The position numbers were made by a program, and so were the translations under genes. The notes under the pieces are model-generated. The model was not told the origin of the DNA. It worked only from the letters and a program-made list of their open reading frames with translations, and ran no database searches. From NCBI GenBank assembly GCA_038087875.1, contig CM075987.1:11036001-11100000 (forward strand): a stretch of 64,000 bases of DNA, written 5' to 3'. Position 1 is the stretch's first letter. Every line of letters begins with the position of its first letter. Positions 37,648 through 49,994 of this stretch are shown piece by piece. This DNA is from Malacoraja senta (lineage: Eukaryota).

Positions 37648-37786
37648 GTTTTTGACATCAGTCGGAGGTAGGGTTTCGGCCCGAAACGTTGCCTATTTCC
37701 TTCGCTCCATAGATGCTGCATCACCCGCTGGGTTTCTCCAGCACTTTTGTCTACCTTTGATTTTCCAGCATCTGCAGTTCCTTCTT
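37648..37786 (+). mobile_element. Short Penelope-derived element
   Basis: agggtttcggcccgaaacgttgcc...ccagcatctgcagttcc; direct repeat AAACACCCTTTTAGTA at 37632-37647 and 37787-37802. Confidence 0.85.
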
Positions 37787-38068
37787 AAACACCCTTTTAG
37801 TAATTCCTGTTTTCTTATATAGAAATCCATATGCTTAATCTTAGTTCCACTAGTATGTTCTACCTTGTGCTAAAATGTGACAAATTAAATTGTGATTTGT
37901 GAATCTCTCCTATTTGTCTGTTTGCTTTCCTTTTAAACTGAAAAACAATTTTATCAGTGTTTGCCAGGATTCTTTTTTTTGGGTGAGTGGCTCAAGATGC
38001 TCAAGATACTTAAATTTACTGACATAAAATTAAAGGTTCCTGTAGAAATTGTATTTCTCATTGCACAG

Positions 38069-38158
38069 GCTAACTTCCAGCAAGAAGAATATGATCCTGA
38101 AGAAGATCAAGATTCTGATGACCTGGAGGACGATGATGATGACTTTGAATCTGATGTG
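38069..38158 (+). CDS. EHMT1: EHMT1 exon 7 (acidic, ends FESDV)
   Basis: tgcacag| ... GTG|gtgagt; 90 nt, phase 0->0. Confidence 0.9.
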
Positions 38159-39065
38159 GTGAGTCATTTGTTCTGGAGGTGTATGCACAATAGATATATG
38201 ACTTGGAGGATATTTTGTACCTGGGTGTCTTTATCTGGATATCATTTTGAATTATTTGTCACTACCAAGAGATCCTAAAATCTATTCCTATATTTTGTAA
38301 TTCTCCTTGTCTCTCAGTCTTTTGGGTTTGCAGATGCCTGCGGGATACACATGGGCACCTGTTAGGTGGAACGTTCTCGGAAGTAAGCTTGCTGCTTATT
38401 CCCAGTTGGGTCAGATAAGAGTAATGCATCATGGAAGAGGGTAGGTTGAGTTAGCTTTAAAAATATTTACATCTTATCTGACCACATCCCACTAATTTGT
38501 GGGGATTAAAATTAGTTGTGATTATGCAGTCATTCTGTAAAAACAAATTGGGACAGTTGCTGAGTGTGATTCTTGTTCTTAAATTCGAAATGTCCGATAG
38601 AATAAAGAATTCAGCATCAGAAAAAGATTTTGTTACCTTTCAACCGATGTTTAATTAATAAACGTACTCATTTCAAGACCTTCTCAGAGTCTTGTATGTC
38701 TCAGTGTTACTGAGGAGTGATAGTCTTTTTGATTGGCAAGACAATTAAGCTCAGTATGGTGGGCAAGGCCAGTGGTCAAGTGAATCTCGACCCAAAACAT
38801 TCCTTCTCTCCAGAGATGATGCCTGTCCCGCTGAGTAACTCCATCATTTTGTGCCTACCTTTGAATCTATGCCTATTCCCTTAAGAAATGTGGAACAAAA
38901 AGATGTGGAACAAACCAGGATTAGGTAGTTAGTGAACTGCTTTTAGTAGTGTGACTAGTTGGGGGAAATCTCTGGAGAGTATGTTTAGCTCCTTAGCAAT
39001 GTAACAAACATAAGGTTGATAGTTCTTGTACAGAACTGAACTTCAGTATTTTTGTTCATGAAATG

Positions 39066-39375
39066 GATGGCACGGTGGCGTAGCGATAGAGCTACTGCTT
39101 TACAGCTCTAAAGACCCAGGTTCGGTCCTGACTATGGGTGCTTGTCTGTACGTTCTCCCTTTGACCTGCGTGGGTTTTCACAGAGGTCTTCAATTTCCTC
39201 ACACACTCCAAAGGTGTACAGGTTTCTACGTTAATTGGCTTGATATCAATGTAAAATTGTCCCTAGTGCGTGTAAGGTAGTGTTAGTGTATGGGGATCGA
39301 TGATCATTGTGGACACGGTGGGCCAAAGGCCTGTTTCCGCGATGTGTCTGAACTAAACTAAAAAACTAAACTAAA
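39066..39375 (+). mobile_element. tRNA-derived V-SINE-like element
   Basis: A box tggcgtagcgata, B box ggttcggtcc, conserved core, CR1-like tail gggccaaaggcctgtttcc + (CTAAA)n. Confidence 0.85.
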
Positions 39376-39463
39376 TTGAAATGGCTGCACATAGAAGGGT
39401 GGATTAGAACTACTTAATTTGTTGCAGTAAATAATTTTATAACCGTATATGTTGACCATTCAG

Positions 39464-39581
39464 AGTTCAGAATCAAGTTTGAAAAGGAAGTGGAAGAAAA
39501 AAGGAAATAATGACAGCCCATGGATTACACCAACCAGGAAACGAAGACGGAAGAACCGACCAAAAACAAGCAATAATAAAG
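39464..39581 (+). CDS. EHMT1: EHMT1 exon 8 (SSESSLKRK...DSPWITPTRKRRRK, NLS-like)
   Basis: cattcag| ... AAG|gtaatg; 118 nt, phase 0->1. Confidence 0.95.
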
Positions 39582-39689
39582 GTAATGATAATTTTTTTTT
39601 TAAAACACATTGCTGGAGGAATTCAGTGGGTCAGGCCTCTGTGGAGGTATTGGACAGATGACATTTCGGGTCGGGACTGATGGGAGTAA

Positions 39690-40025
39690 AAGGCCTGTCC
39701 CACTGTACGAGGTAATTCAAGAGTTCTCCTGAGTTCTCCCCTGATTCGAGCTCGTGTAATGTACGTAGCGGGTACGTAGGGGCTCGTACGGGTAAAAAGT
39801 AAAACAATTTTTCATCACGAGTATTTTTGTACTCATGGACATTTTTCACAGTGTTAAAAAAACGTCACGAGTTTACCGGATTTCCCGAGTACCTAGCGTT
39901 ACTCGTACGAGCCGCTACTTGACATCCACGAGCTCCTACGTACCCGCTACGTACATTACACAAGCTCAAATCAGGGGAGAACTTGGGAGAACTCTTGAAT
40001 TACCTCGTACAGTGGGACAGGCCCT
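39690..40025. mobile_element. PIF/Harbinger-like MITE with ~100-bp inverted arms
   Basis: TAA|AAGGCCTGTCCCACTGTACGAGGTAATTCAAGAG ... CTCTTGAATTACCTCGTACAGTGGGACAGGCCCT|TAA. Confidence 0.92.
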
Positions 40026-40164
40026 TAAGGGGTAGAAACTTGGAAAGAGAGATGGGGGTGTTACAGAGCCTGGCAATTGATAGATGGATGGGAAGGGGTG
40101 GGTTTGATTGCCATATGGAAGAAGTAAATGACAACGGCTAGAGGTGAAAAGGAGACACAAATGT

Positions 40165-40602
40165 AGCCCAGTCCATCACACAGACCAGGCTTCCCACTAT
40201 TGACTCCATCTACATTTCTTGCTGTGTCAGAAAAACATCCAACATAATCAAAGATTTATCTCATCCTGGTGATTCTCCTCCTCCGTGCTCCTGTCTAGCA
40301 GAAGGTACAGAAGCTTGAAATTGCCAGATTCAGGAACAGTAACTCAAATAACAGGCTCTTGAATGGTCCTTCCATAAACTAGGGTACTGTTTGATCCACC
40401 TCTACCCCTTTGAGGATATTGGGCTTTGGCTGAGGAACCAAGTTCTGCAATGTTCAGCTTCTTCAGTACTCTTCCTATTGTGCTTTGAGTTCATACTGAT
40501 TGTATCTATGTATAGTATATCTGATCATTTAGAATAGCATGCAAGATCAAGTTTTTCACTGTACCTTTGGTACTTGTGACAATAATAAACCTAACCCTAA
40601 CT
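40165..40602 (+). mobile_element. Rex1/L2-like LINE 3' remnant
   Basis: cttcccactattgactccatctac...aacataatcaaaga...ttcaggaacag; tail gacaataataaacctaaccctaa. Confidence 0.7.
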
Positions 40603-40879
40603 CTTGAAATAATATCCTCTGAGCATTTTATGAAATGGCTTAATATTTTTCGAAATTTCTGCTGGTTGCATGAGAATTCTGGATGCATTATAATTGGATA
40701 ACACAGAACTGGACGATACAGAGTGCAGAATATAGTTCTCAGCATCCAGGTGATCAAATATTTAGTGGCTTATAATTCTCACAAAGCAAGGATTCTGCCT
40801 GAATTAGCTGACACGTGTGAGCAATTGTGCGGTTACCTTGCTTCAATAATCTTTTCATTGTAGATTTAATTATTTACAG

Positions 40880-40987
40880 GTGCTGACACAGAGACCCTAA
40901 CTTTGACAGATAATAATGAGTATACCGAGATCCCCTGTGACGCATTGGATCTGCCTGCAGGCAGTCTGTTTTCATCACAATCTACAG
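40880..40987 (+). CDS. EHMT1: EHMT1 exon 9 (EYTEIPCDALDLPAG; symmetric, homologous to G9a exon 10)
   Basis: tttacag| ... CAG|gtaaag; 108 nt, phase 1->1; not in the ORF track. Confidence 0.88.
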
Positions 40988-41150
40988 GTAAAGGTGTTAA
41001 GACACATGTAAGAATATTTGTGTACTAGAATTTATTTCTGAATATGCAGCTCAGATGTAAGAATTAATTTAGTGTTAGGATCCGTCTGAGCACTTTTGAT
41101 AATGTTTTAGTTGAAGTTAAGTTTGCTTAACTATTTGTTTCTCAATGCAG

Positions 41151-41296
41151 GTATTTCCCAAAGCTCTGACTCAGTAGAACTAGATAAGCTCCAGGAGGTG
41201 CCTCTTTGTAGCTGTCGGATGGAAACATCAAAAGGCCGAGAAATGGTTACGCTGGCTACCAATAAGTGTATGGCCACTGAGAATATAGATGAAGAG
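41151..41296 (+). CDS. EHMT1: EHMT1 exon 10 ([13 protein letters not shown], Cys-rich region)
   Basis: aatgcag| ... GAG|gtaagg; 146 nt, phase 1->0. Confidence 0.97.
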
Positions 41297-41328
41297 GTAA
41301 GGATCTTGGTAAAGTTTCGTTCGGCAGG

Positions 41329-42525
41329 TTTCTTGATTAGTGCAGGTGTCCGAGGTTATGAGGAGAAGGCAGGAGAATGGGGTTAGGAGGGAGAGATAGA
41401 TCAGCCATGATTGTAGCAATGTTACAAAATTTTGAGATTTAAAAAATAAAGTCTGCAATTTATTCCATCAGATAAAGCATAAAAATAAGTTTAATTTGAC
41501 ACCTAATTCACTTTCATATCTTCAGTATTAAAAAAGTTATGGCCATTTTCATACTCAGAAATTAGCATCTTGTTCCCTATTGCTTTTCCATTGACTTAAC
41601 ACAAAAGCTGTGATCGAGGACAGTCAAAAGCCCATAACTTTCTTAAAAATTAAGAGAACTGAAAGAAATTTTCAGTTATTATAGATTGAAGCATTCTGAA
41701 ACAAATATGAAACAATCTTACTTGGATGACACGAAATTAAAGCATATAATTAGTTAGTTACCTAATTGTAGCTAATTACAAAATTCAATTACTAGATCTA
41801 AACATCTTATCAATTTCTTAAGAATAGATTAACATTTTTAAATAGCCTAAGTGTCCAAATAACATTCACACACGAATTCACAATATAACATAATTTTTAA
41901 ATCTCATTATCATGGATTTACAGGCCAAATGGAAGAAATATAATGTTTAATACCTGTAAATTAATGGTCATTTAAATCATTTTGCGAGTGAGGTTTTCTG
42001 GAACGCGATCATTTGGAACGTCGATTTGCGGTGAATTTAACCCCGTATCGGCATGAAAAATTCTGCCGTTGGTTCGGGGAAAAGAATCACCGTTTTGCAT
42101 TAAAAAAAATGAATTAAAGGCTTCTTAAGAAGCACTTTATACATTAAAATTAACTACTTTCGTTTACCTGTACCGTGTGTGAAATCCGTCCCCGTTGTCG
42201 GCGTTGACGGCTTTCGAAGCTGATTTTAAAATAACTCCAGCGCTGACATTGTCGATTTAATAAAAATAAAAAATACACAAAACGCCCGTAGGAACGATTT
42301 TTCAGCAAACGCTTGTACTCCAACGAAATATAATACAGGACAAGGTAGGAGAAACCCGCGTTTTAACCCCGCCCCCCCTTAAAGGCGCAAAAATCGCGCA
42401 CACGGCCAGTGGCAGAATTACAGCGCCGCTGAAGGTAAGTATTGTAACATACCTAATGATTGAATGGCGGAGTAGACTTGATGGGCCAAATGGCCTAATT
42501 CTACTCATATTCCTAATGACCTTAT
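41329..42525 (+). mobile_element. CR1 3' end split by the 7-bp-TSD transposon
   Basis: ggagaaggcaggagaatggggtt...agatcagccATGATTG[insert]ATGATTGaatggcggagtagacttgatgggccaaatggcctaattct. Confidence 0.85.
41414..42455. mobile_element. Non-autonomous DNA transposon, copy 2 (TAG...CTA ends, 7-bp TSD)
   Basis: Same ends as copy 1; TSD ATGATTG (41407-41413, 42456-42462). Confidence 0.92.
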
Positions 42526-43799
42526 GTGGTTTAAATTAGCAGATAGATTGTTATGAGTGTATTGCATGACTAATGATCGTAGATAAATTATTTTTCAGTA
42601 AAATTACAATGAAAATGAACAATTAAAAAAATTAAAATATATTAAGTGTGCTCTTCTGAGTACAACAATTAGGATGGTATGTTTTAGCTTTTTAAAAATA
42701 CTGAATTAAGACATCTTGTTGGTTCATTTGTGTAGATTGGTTAGTGCATGTGCACCAATCAGAGTAATGTACTAACACTAGCTCCACCTTACTGTACACT
42801 TTATATTAACACTCACTTCCCATATTACGTAGAGATGAACTAACAACGTATTGTATTGTGCCACCATGACTGATGATTAAAGCTGACTTGAACACCAGAC
42901 TGTGTCTACAGCTGTTTACAATTTGTTTTTAGTCAAATTTTGCAGAGATGGGTCTGGGATTTAATTTTGACAGGAGGGAATGTGTGTGATACATTTTGCT
43001 CAATATAGTCGTTATTGACATGTGTGAGATAGTGCCAGAGATTTAACATTAATATATCCATCTTCTAGAAATATTCAGTTTATGGGCACCCGGTGGCAAC
43101 TTTAGTTCAACTTAAAGAAATTCTGAATGATCTATTGAAATATGTTTCCATGGAAATAAATGTTATTCTTCTGGAGAGGCTTGCACATGTGGAAGACACA
43201 GTTCTATTGACATTTTAAAAACATCATTTAACTTTGCATAAAAACATAAGATGGATCTTTTGGATACACAAGGCCACAATTAACACCTATACTTAAAAAA
43301 AAATCATTTGAAAATGGCTTGCTAAATGTACTACTTATAAATAATAAGGTGAACAATGCACAGAGCAAATGGAGACACTCTGAGCTGTTTACCCGATTAT
43401 GTACCTGTATTTAGCTCACCCCAAAGACTCAATTTCAAAGATTGGGATATGAAATAAATGTAGTGTCATTCTCTATCCAGAGAGTTGATGACAAAAGATC
43501 TTTGGGGGCTTTTAAAGAACATATATTTTTACTCCACCCTTTAATTTGAATTCACAAACACCTACCATAAAACTTAGAATTTGAGCTTATGAGCTTTACA
43601 TTTTTGAGCTGATATACAAATTCCTCAAATGGTGTCATTGTGATGGTTAGTTGAGGTAAATATTGGCCAGGAGATTGAATATCAATAATACTTTATTGTC
43701 ATTATAACATGTAAACATGTACAACGAAATTAGAAATGCCAACCAGTCAGTGCACCATTCACACATTTTCTAAGAGCTAGTTGGTGATTAAGACGTCAG

Positions 43800-44100
43800 T
43801 GTGCTGAAGCTGGTAGAGCCGCTGTCACAGAGAGCAGGGTTCTGTGCAGAATAGAATTTACATGCTCTCCTTCTGACCATGGGAATTTCCTCTGCGGGCT
43901 CTGGTTTCAACCCACATCCGAAATACTTGTTGGTTGGCTAATTGGCTGCTGTAAATTGTTCCTACTGTGAGTGGTCAAATGTGGGAATAGTTGATGGGAA
44001 CGTGGGAAAGATAAGAATGGGATTTGTATAAATGGGTGTATTAAGGTTGGCTGAGACTGGGTGGTCCGAAGGGCCTGGATACATGCTGTATCTCTCTTTG
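43800..44100 (+). mobile_element. Degraded tRNA-derived SINE
   Basis: ggtagagccgctg...ccacatccgaaa...taattggctgctgtaaattg...ggtccgaagggcctg. Confidence 0.6.
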
Positions 44101-44338
44101 GACAACGCTAAAGCTCTTATACAGAATAATGCCTTGATCTTTTACTCCTGCCTAACAAGGCAGAAGGTGCCTTGGTCAAATGCTTCACCTGAAAGTTGGC
44201 ACCTCTCATAATACCCAATCTCTGTTTATTTGCATGCTGCAGGTTCATTGGTATAATAGCAATGCTGCAGGTTCATTGGTAATCAATTTAAAGTTCACTT
44301 TGCAAATCAACATCTAACTGAATAAATGTTTCTTCCAG

Positions 44339-44482
44339 TTAAATAGCTGCATTAACACAGTCATCAAGCAAGAAATGATGCGACCTTCCAATAAGGTGCA
44401 GTTAATGGTATTATGTGAAGACCATAGATCCCGAATGGTGAAACATCAGTGTTGCCCGGGATGTGGATATTTTTGCACAGCT
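44339..44482 (+). CDS. EHMT1: EHMT1 exon 11 ([35 protein letters not shown])
   Basis: cttccag| ... GCT|gtgagt; 144 nt, phase 0->0; not in the ORF track. Confidence 0.97.
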
Positions 44483-45786
44483 GTGAGTATAAGAAGCCTC
44501 AAAGCAGATAGGTACAGCTAGCATGACAAAAACACGACTGATTTTGTTTTTATATGGCTTTAAAACCAAAAAATATTTTAAAAATATTGGATTTGCAGAA
44601 TTAACTTGTGGTGGGTGGAACAGGTTATTTTTTTTTCAGTGGTGAGCTAATTTTCTTTCAGTGGTGAGCTAATTTTAAAGCCATACAATAAATAACCTGA
44701 ATGCTTGGAATCATTTGGCTGAAAGTATATGTTTTGTTTATTTTCAAATTACTGAAAGAGTTCTTTGGAAAAATTGTGATGTTAAAATTTGCTCCTTGTT
44801 TCATTTCCTCAGGCCAACACTATATATACATGTCAATTTAGTAAGATGGGAGCTCGATTGTATGCGGTTGAGTGTTGTAACCTGGGATGACTTGCAGCCT
44901 GGGTCCTGTTTCTTTGTGACATAGAGGAGTCAATAAGCAGCTTAGACACTTTATGCATGTGGGAAATTTGTATTGCCCACCAGATGGCAGATGAGAGTCA
45001 AACTAAATGGCTGCCTTGATCACTTGGTAGTAGTGAAAGAGATCTTTAGACTTAACTTGCTGTTTAGTTGACAGATCCTTTTACGCATTGCATTTATTCT
45101 GGGATGTTGTGCTCCATTTTTTGTGAGGAATTTACTTTCTTCACAAATAGAGGAACACAATCTTTCAAAAGTGAGGGTGTGCTACTTGTTGGATGTACGA
45201 AAAGTAACTAGAGTTATTGTTGAAGAATGAGATTAAATGGTCACAATTTTGATAAATTTTGCTCATTATCTGCATTTTAACTGAAAATGGATTTGACATT
45301 AGGTTGCATTCTCAGCTGTAGTAAGAAGGCAATCCTGCATATGTAATGGTCTGGTGAATTCCTTTATTGATACTCATGTGATGGTTCACTTGTTTATGCT
45401 ACTCCCGTCTCTAATTTAAGGAGCACAGGAATTATTTCAAATGGGGCAATTTGCTAGTAATTCAGCAGAATCGTAAAACTTACTTTAAATGGCACTGAAT
45501 GACTTAAATTGGAATTGAATTGGAAAAAGAATTCCTGTCAATAATTTTCCGTTTCAATGAGGGATGGTTAGGTACATATATATCTCTTCTGAATGAGAAA
45601 CTATGAGTATTTGGAATAGATGGGCAGTACCATCATTAACTTTGTTTATGTAAGAGCTTGGGAAGATGCTGGCAGCAGCCTCCTCACTGATTTATAATGA
45701 TTGGAGATTAAAAATAACACTACATTTATGCTTTATTTCATGGTCTTTTAGAAAAGGCACGTATTAAATTAACATGCTTTTTCCAG

Positions 45787-46010
45787 GGCACGTTCATGGA
45801 ATGCCAGCCGGATAGTAGCATTTCGCACCGTTTTCACAAGAAGTGTGCATCACATATGAATGGGCTATCTTACTGCCCACATTGTGGTGAGGATACTGCT
45901 CAAGCAAAAGAAGTTACAATCGCAAAAGCAGACACTACCTCTATGGTACCTCTTCCAACACAGGAAAACATTGTTGCTGTGAATGGAAAAGCAGACACTA
46001 CATCAGCAAG
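45787..46010 (+). CDS. EHMT1: EHMT1 exon 12 ([20 protein letters not shown]...YCPHCGE...[12 protein letters not shown])
   Basis: tttccag| ... AAG|gtgagc; 224 nt, phase 0->2. Confidence 0.97.
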
Positions 46011-46227
46011 GTGAGCCATATTTAGTAGTTTGAGAACATTCTTGTTGAGAATAATTGTCAGCAATTGTTTATTTCCATTCATGACCGATTATGAACATCA
46101 CGTAGTTAAAAAATGTCAGATTTCAATCTAAACTTTCGAGTAGAATCTTGATTTAAAAGACTTGATAACATTCAAGATATGATTTTGGTCTTCACTTGGT
46201 TATATTCAGCTCAGTATTTTTGTTACG

Positions 46228-46314
46228 AGAGAGAGACAGAAAGACAGAGAGAGAGACAGAAAGACAGAGAGAGACAGAAAGACAGAGAGGGAGAGAGGGA
46301 CAGAGAGAGAGAGA
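46228..46314 (+). repeat. GA-rich compound microsatellite
   Basis: gagagagacagaaagacaga repeats. Confidence 0.9.
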
Positions 46315-47650
46315 AAAAATAATCAGGTGGAATATAAGGTGATGTTCTTCTTTCTGAAATTTAAGAAAATTATGTCATTAAATGGATTGTGAACCTCTTG
46401 GATTGTTAGTAAAATCAGTCTGATTTAACTATTATCCTTTCAGTAAGGAGACATGCCATTATTGCTTTGTGTGGTGGCCTATGTCACCTCGCCCTTGGCC
46501 ATGGGATTTCCTCAGATTTCCCTTCTGAAATTGCCTGGCAAGCCCTTCCAGACTATCAGGGGTGGGCCATAAATGGTGACCAAGCCAGTGATGTCCATAT
46601 CTAATCAAAGAACAATTCAAATTAACTAAATTTTTGAAGGAAGAACTTGGAAATTATTATTCCAACCCAAAATGACTGCCAATGCTGGAGAAATAAAATA
46701 AAATAAAAGCAAACAATACACATATATAATGTTTCAGGTCAATGACCTTCCATTAGTTTTGATGGAAGATTGAACCTGAAGTTTTTCTTTTCAATGCATC
46801 CTGCTTCCAGTATTCCAGCTGTTCGGTTTTTATTGCAGGATTCTAGCACCTGCAGTATTTTGCCTTGAATAATAATTTCCAAGTGTATCACTGATTAAAA
46901 ATCCTTTTCAATTAAAATGTACATGTTAATCATAGATATAATGCTTAAATATATTACAATTATTTCAACTGCTGTCTGTATATTTGCCAATAGATTTGAT
47001 ATGAATGGTGTATTTTAAATAGAAGTCTTTTATATGAGAAACTGACTGTCTCTCAAGACCAGAAGCATTGAAATGCAGCAAGGATAAAACTACTGTTTTA
47101 TTATTGTTGTTTTATGATCTTTGGAGATAAATTATTTGGTATAATTTAATTTTAGCAATGAATTTTCCTTTTATGTGCGTTTATTTTGTTCCTGAGGTGT
47201 TCTGAATGTGAATTTGCTATTATTTTGTCTTTGAATTCATACATTTCTCTCAGTAATTCATTTTAATAATTTAAAACTTGCTGCTGCTTACTTGGATTGT
47301 TAATTGAAGTTTGAATGATGGCCTGCTGTTTCACTTCGCATGTTGATTTTTCTGTAACCATGTTACTGTTTGGAAACAGAGGGGCTGAAATCAAAATGGT
47401 AAATGCGTAAAAATTCCAGAATTTTAGTTGTAAATAATATTTTCCTAAATGTAATTAATTTTACATGTTAAGTTGATATCATCCACTTAATATGAAGTGT
47501 TTCAGAACTTATAGTCTGAAGTCATTTGTAAATGGTGGTTCCCATAAAGATTTTATTTGTAATTGCCAGTATAGCCAGTTCTATTGTCAGTGCGGTACCG
47601 TACATAATATAAAATTTTATAAAATTAATATCAATTTAAACCTTTTGCAG

Positions 47651-47839
47651 CAATGCTCGGATGAGAATGTCATTGGCAAATAAACCTGAAAACACTATGT
47701 CCAAGGTGGCTGATAGTTCGGATATCTATGGCCCCTCCACTACTTTGAATTCTGGAGCAAACATACCAGTTGCAAATCTGCAAGCTGGGCCAGGGAAAGA
47801 GACAATGGAAAGTATTCTTATTGCTCTTGATACTGAGAG
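47651..47839 (+). CDS. EHMT1: EHMT1 exon 13 (...GPGKETMESILIALDTE)
   Basis: tttgcag| ... GAG|gtaagc; 189 nt, phase 2->2. Confidence 0.93.
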
Positions 47840-48261
47840 GTAAGCATTTGAAAGGGATGGGTTATGCTACAACAGAAATTAAAAACATGTCAATGTTAAA
47901 GAAACTAATTACTGACTTGTTATTAAAGAAATAGCGACTCTAAAATGTTTTAAGTGAAGTAAATATTCATTGACTTTTGACGACTTGCTTTGAGATTATG
48001 CAGATAAAGCTGTGGCATTGACATTTTGTAACCCTGTGTCTGTAGGTGCACAGAGGTAACACTAGGTAGTTATTTTCCTCAATTCCTGAGCAATGTGAGG
48101 AACTGGGATGTCCATCATAAGCCTCTGAATGCACTCTGGGAATTTGCAATTTGAGAATCAGAGAATTCCTTACACAACTCAATTTATAGCATGCTGTGCC
48201 TTTCCTTTCTCAGCATGAGGAATTAACATTTAGGGTCAAAGATCTTTGTTTTTTTCCACTG

Positions 48262-48946
48262 ATGGAGCCCTATACACCAGCAAGTGGATAGGATAGTAAA
48301 GAGGGCATATAGTGCACTTGTCTTCATTGCCAGGGGAATTGAGTGCAAGAATCAAGAAGTCGTGATGCAGCTCTTTAGGACTTTGGTTAGGCCACATTTG
48401 GAATATATTGCATGCAGTCCTGGTCGACCCCATTACAGGAAAGATGTGCAAGGTTTGGAGAGGGTGCAGAGGCGGTTTACCAGAATGCTTCCTGAATTAG
48501 AGGGTTTCAGCTACAGAAAGAGGTTGGAAGGACTTGGATTATTTTCTTCGGAATGTCGGAAGTTGAGGGGAGACGATATAAATGTAAGAATTTATGGGAG
48601 GCATAGATAGGGTAGATCAGAACTGTTTTCCAGGGGTGGAAATATCCAACACTGGAGGGCATAGGCAATAAAGTGAGAGGGAAATTTTAATGGAGATATA
48701 TGCGGTGAAAGTGTTTTTACACAGAGGGTGATGGGGGGCCTGGAAAGCATTGCCAGGGGTGGTGCTGGAGCTAGATACAATAGTGGTGTTCAAGAAGCTT
48801 CTGGATAGGTACAAGGAAATGCAGAGAATAGAAAGATGTGGATCATGTACAGGCAGATGAAATCAGTTTAACGAGGCATCATGTTCGGCACAATCATTAT
48901 GGGCTGAAGAGCCCATTCCTGTGCTGTACTGCTCTATGTTCAAAGT
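48262..48946 (+). mobile_element. CR1-type LINE 3' end
   Basis: LFRTLVRPHLEY...PHYRKDVQGLERVQRRFTRMLPEL...LGLFSSECRKLRGD. Confidence 0.93.
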
Positions 48947-49151
48947 TCAAATATGAGCAAATAGTAAAATATCAATTTTTCTTTAACAAAGCATTCTTGA
49001 ATCTGGAGAGCACTGCTTGAACTGGAACATGCTGCCTCTGAAGGTGGTGGAGGCTGGTATTCTTTCAATATTTAGCATCTTGCCAAGCACTTGAATTCCC
49101 AAGGCATCATAGGCTAGGGATGAAGTCCTATTAAATAGGATCAGTATAGAT

Positions 49152-49539
49152 CAGGGGTCGGCAACCTACGGCCCCCGGGCCGAATGCGGCTCTTAACCCG
49201 AAATCATCTGGCCCGCAGGCGTATTTTGTTTCCCGCATTCATCCAGCCCGCAGACTTCCGTCATCTCCGGTATCTCCCGAGGCCGCGGCGCCCAGGAGCG
49301 GTGACGCATGGAGGCCTGTGCTGGCAGCCGCAATGGCGGAGCGGCCGAGCGCTGGCTGTACTGTATCCTGCGCAATGCTGCTGGCACGGCCGCGCACCTT
49401 CTGCGAACACGTGATTTGATGCCTGCCATCCGGAGCAGGATGGGGGCGGAATCCATGTGTACACATGATAGATGTGGCCCGCCACCCGCTCACAGACGTG
49501 TGTCCTGGCCCCTATGCAGAACAAGGTTGCCGACCCCTG
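49152..49539. mobile_element. hAT (Charlie-type) MITE
   Basis: Perfect 16-bp TIR CAGGGGTCGGCAACCT / AGGTTGCCGACCCCTG; perfect 8-bp TSD GTATAGAT. Confidence 0.95.
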
Positions 49540-49627
49540 GTATAGATACTTGATGAGTAGCATTAACAGAGCTTTTGAATTTGTATGGCTCAATGATTCT
49601 TAGATTCAAATTATTTGGTTCAAACAG

Positions 49628-49710
49628 ACCCAAGAAGTTACGGTTTCATCCAAAGCAGTTATATATCTCTGCAAAGCAGGGGGAGATGCAGAAAGTTCTT
49701 CTAATGCTGG
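49628..49710 (+). CDS. EHMT1: EHMT1 exon 14 ([27 protein letters not shown], start of ankyrin domain)
   Basis: caaacag| ... TGG|gtaagt; 83 nt, phase 2->1. Confidence 0.97.
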
Positions 49711-49994
49711 GTAAGTTTTCCTATACACCTAAATGTACACCTATAACGGATGGGAGGATCTTGTACCAATGATGACATGATGGAGAGGGTTTGTGGAATA
49801 AATAACTAGTTGTTATTCCATTTAGTTGCCACACAATACTGTTTTAATCTGTTTTTGATTTGAAAAGTTTCAAAAGTAAAACGCTGAGATGCAAATTTTG
49901 AAGGTATAAATCAGAAAGAATGACTCCAATTCAAATTGGTGAATGCCCCTTTAAAATAATTTGGTTTGTTCATGCCACAAATATAGAATGCTTT

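Noticed and set aside
44234-44676. Short local duplications (e.g. atgctgcaggttcattggta x2, tttcagtggtgagctaatttt x2; also at 8325, 10153, 20994, 50845)
   Set aside because: Ordinary slippage-type micro-duplications with no further structure
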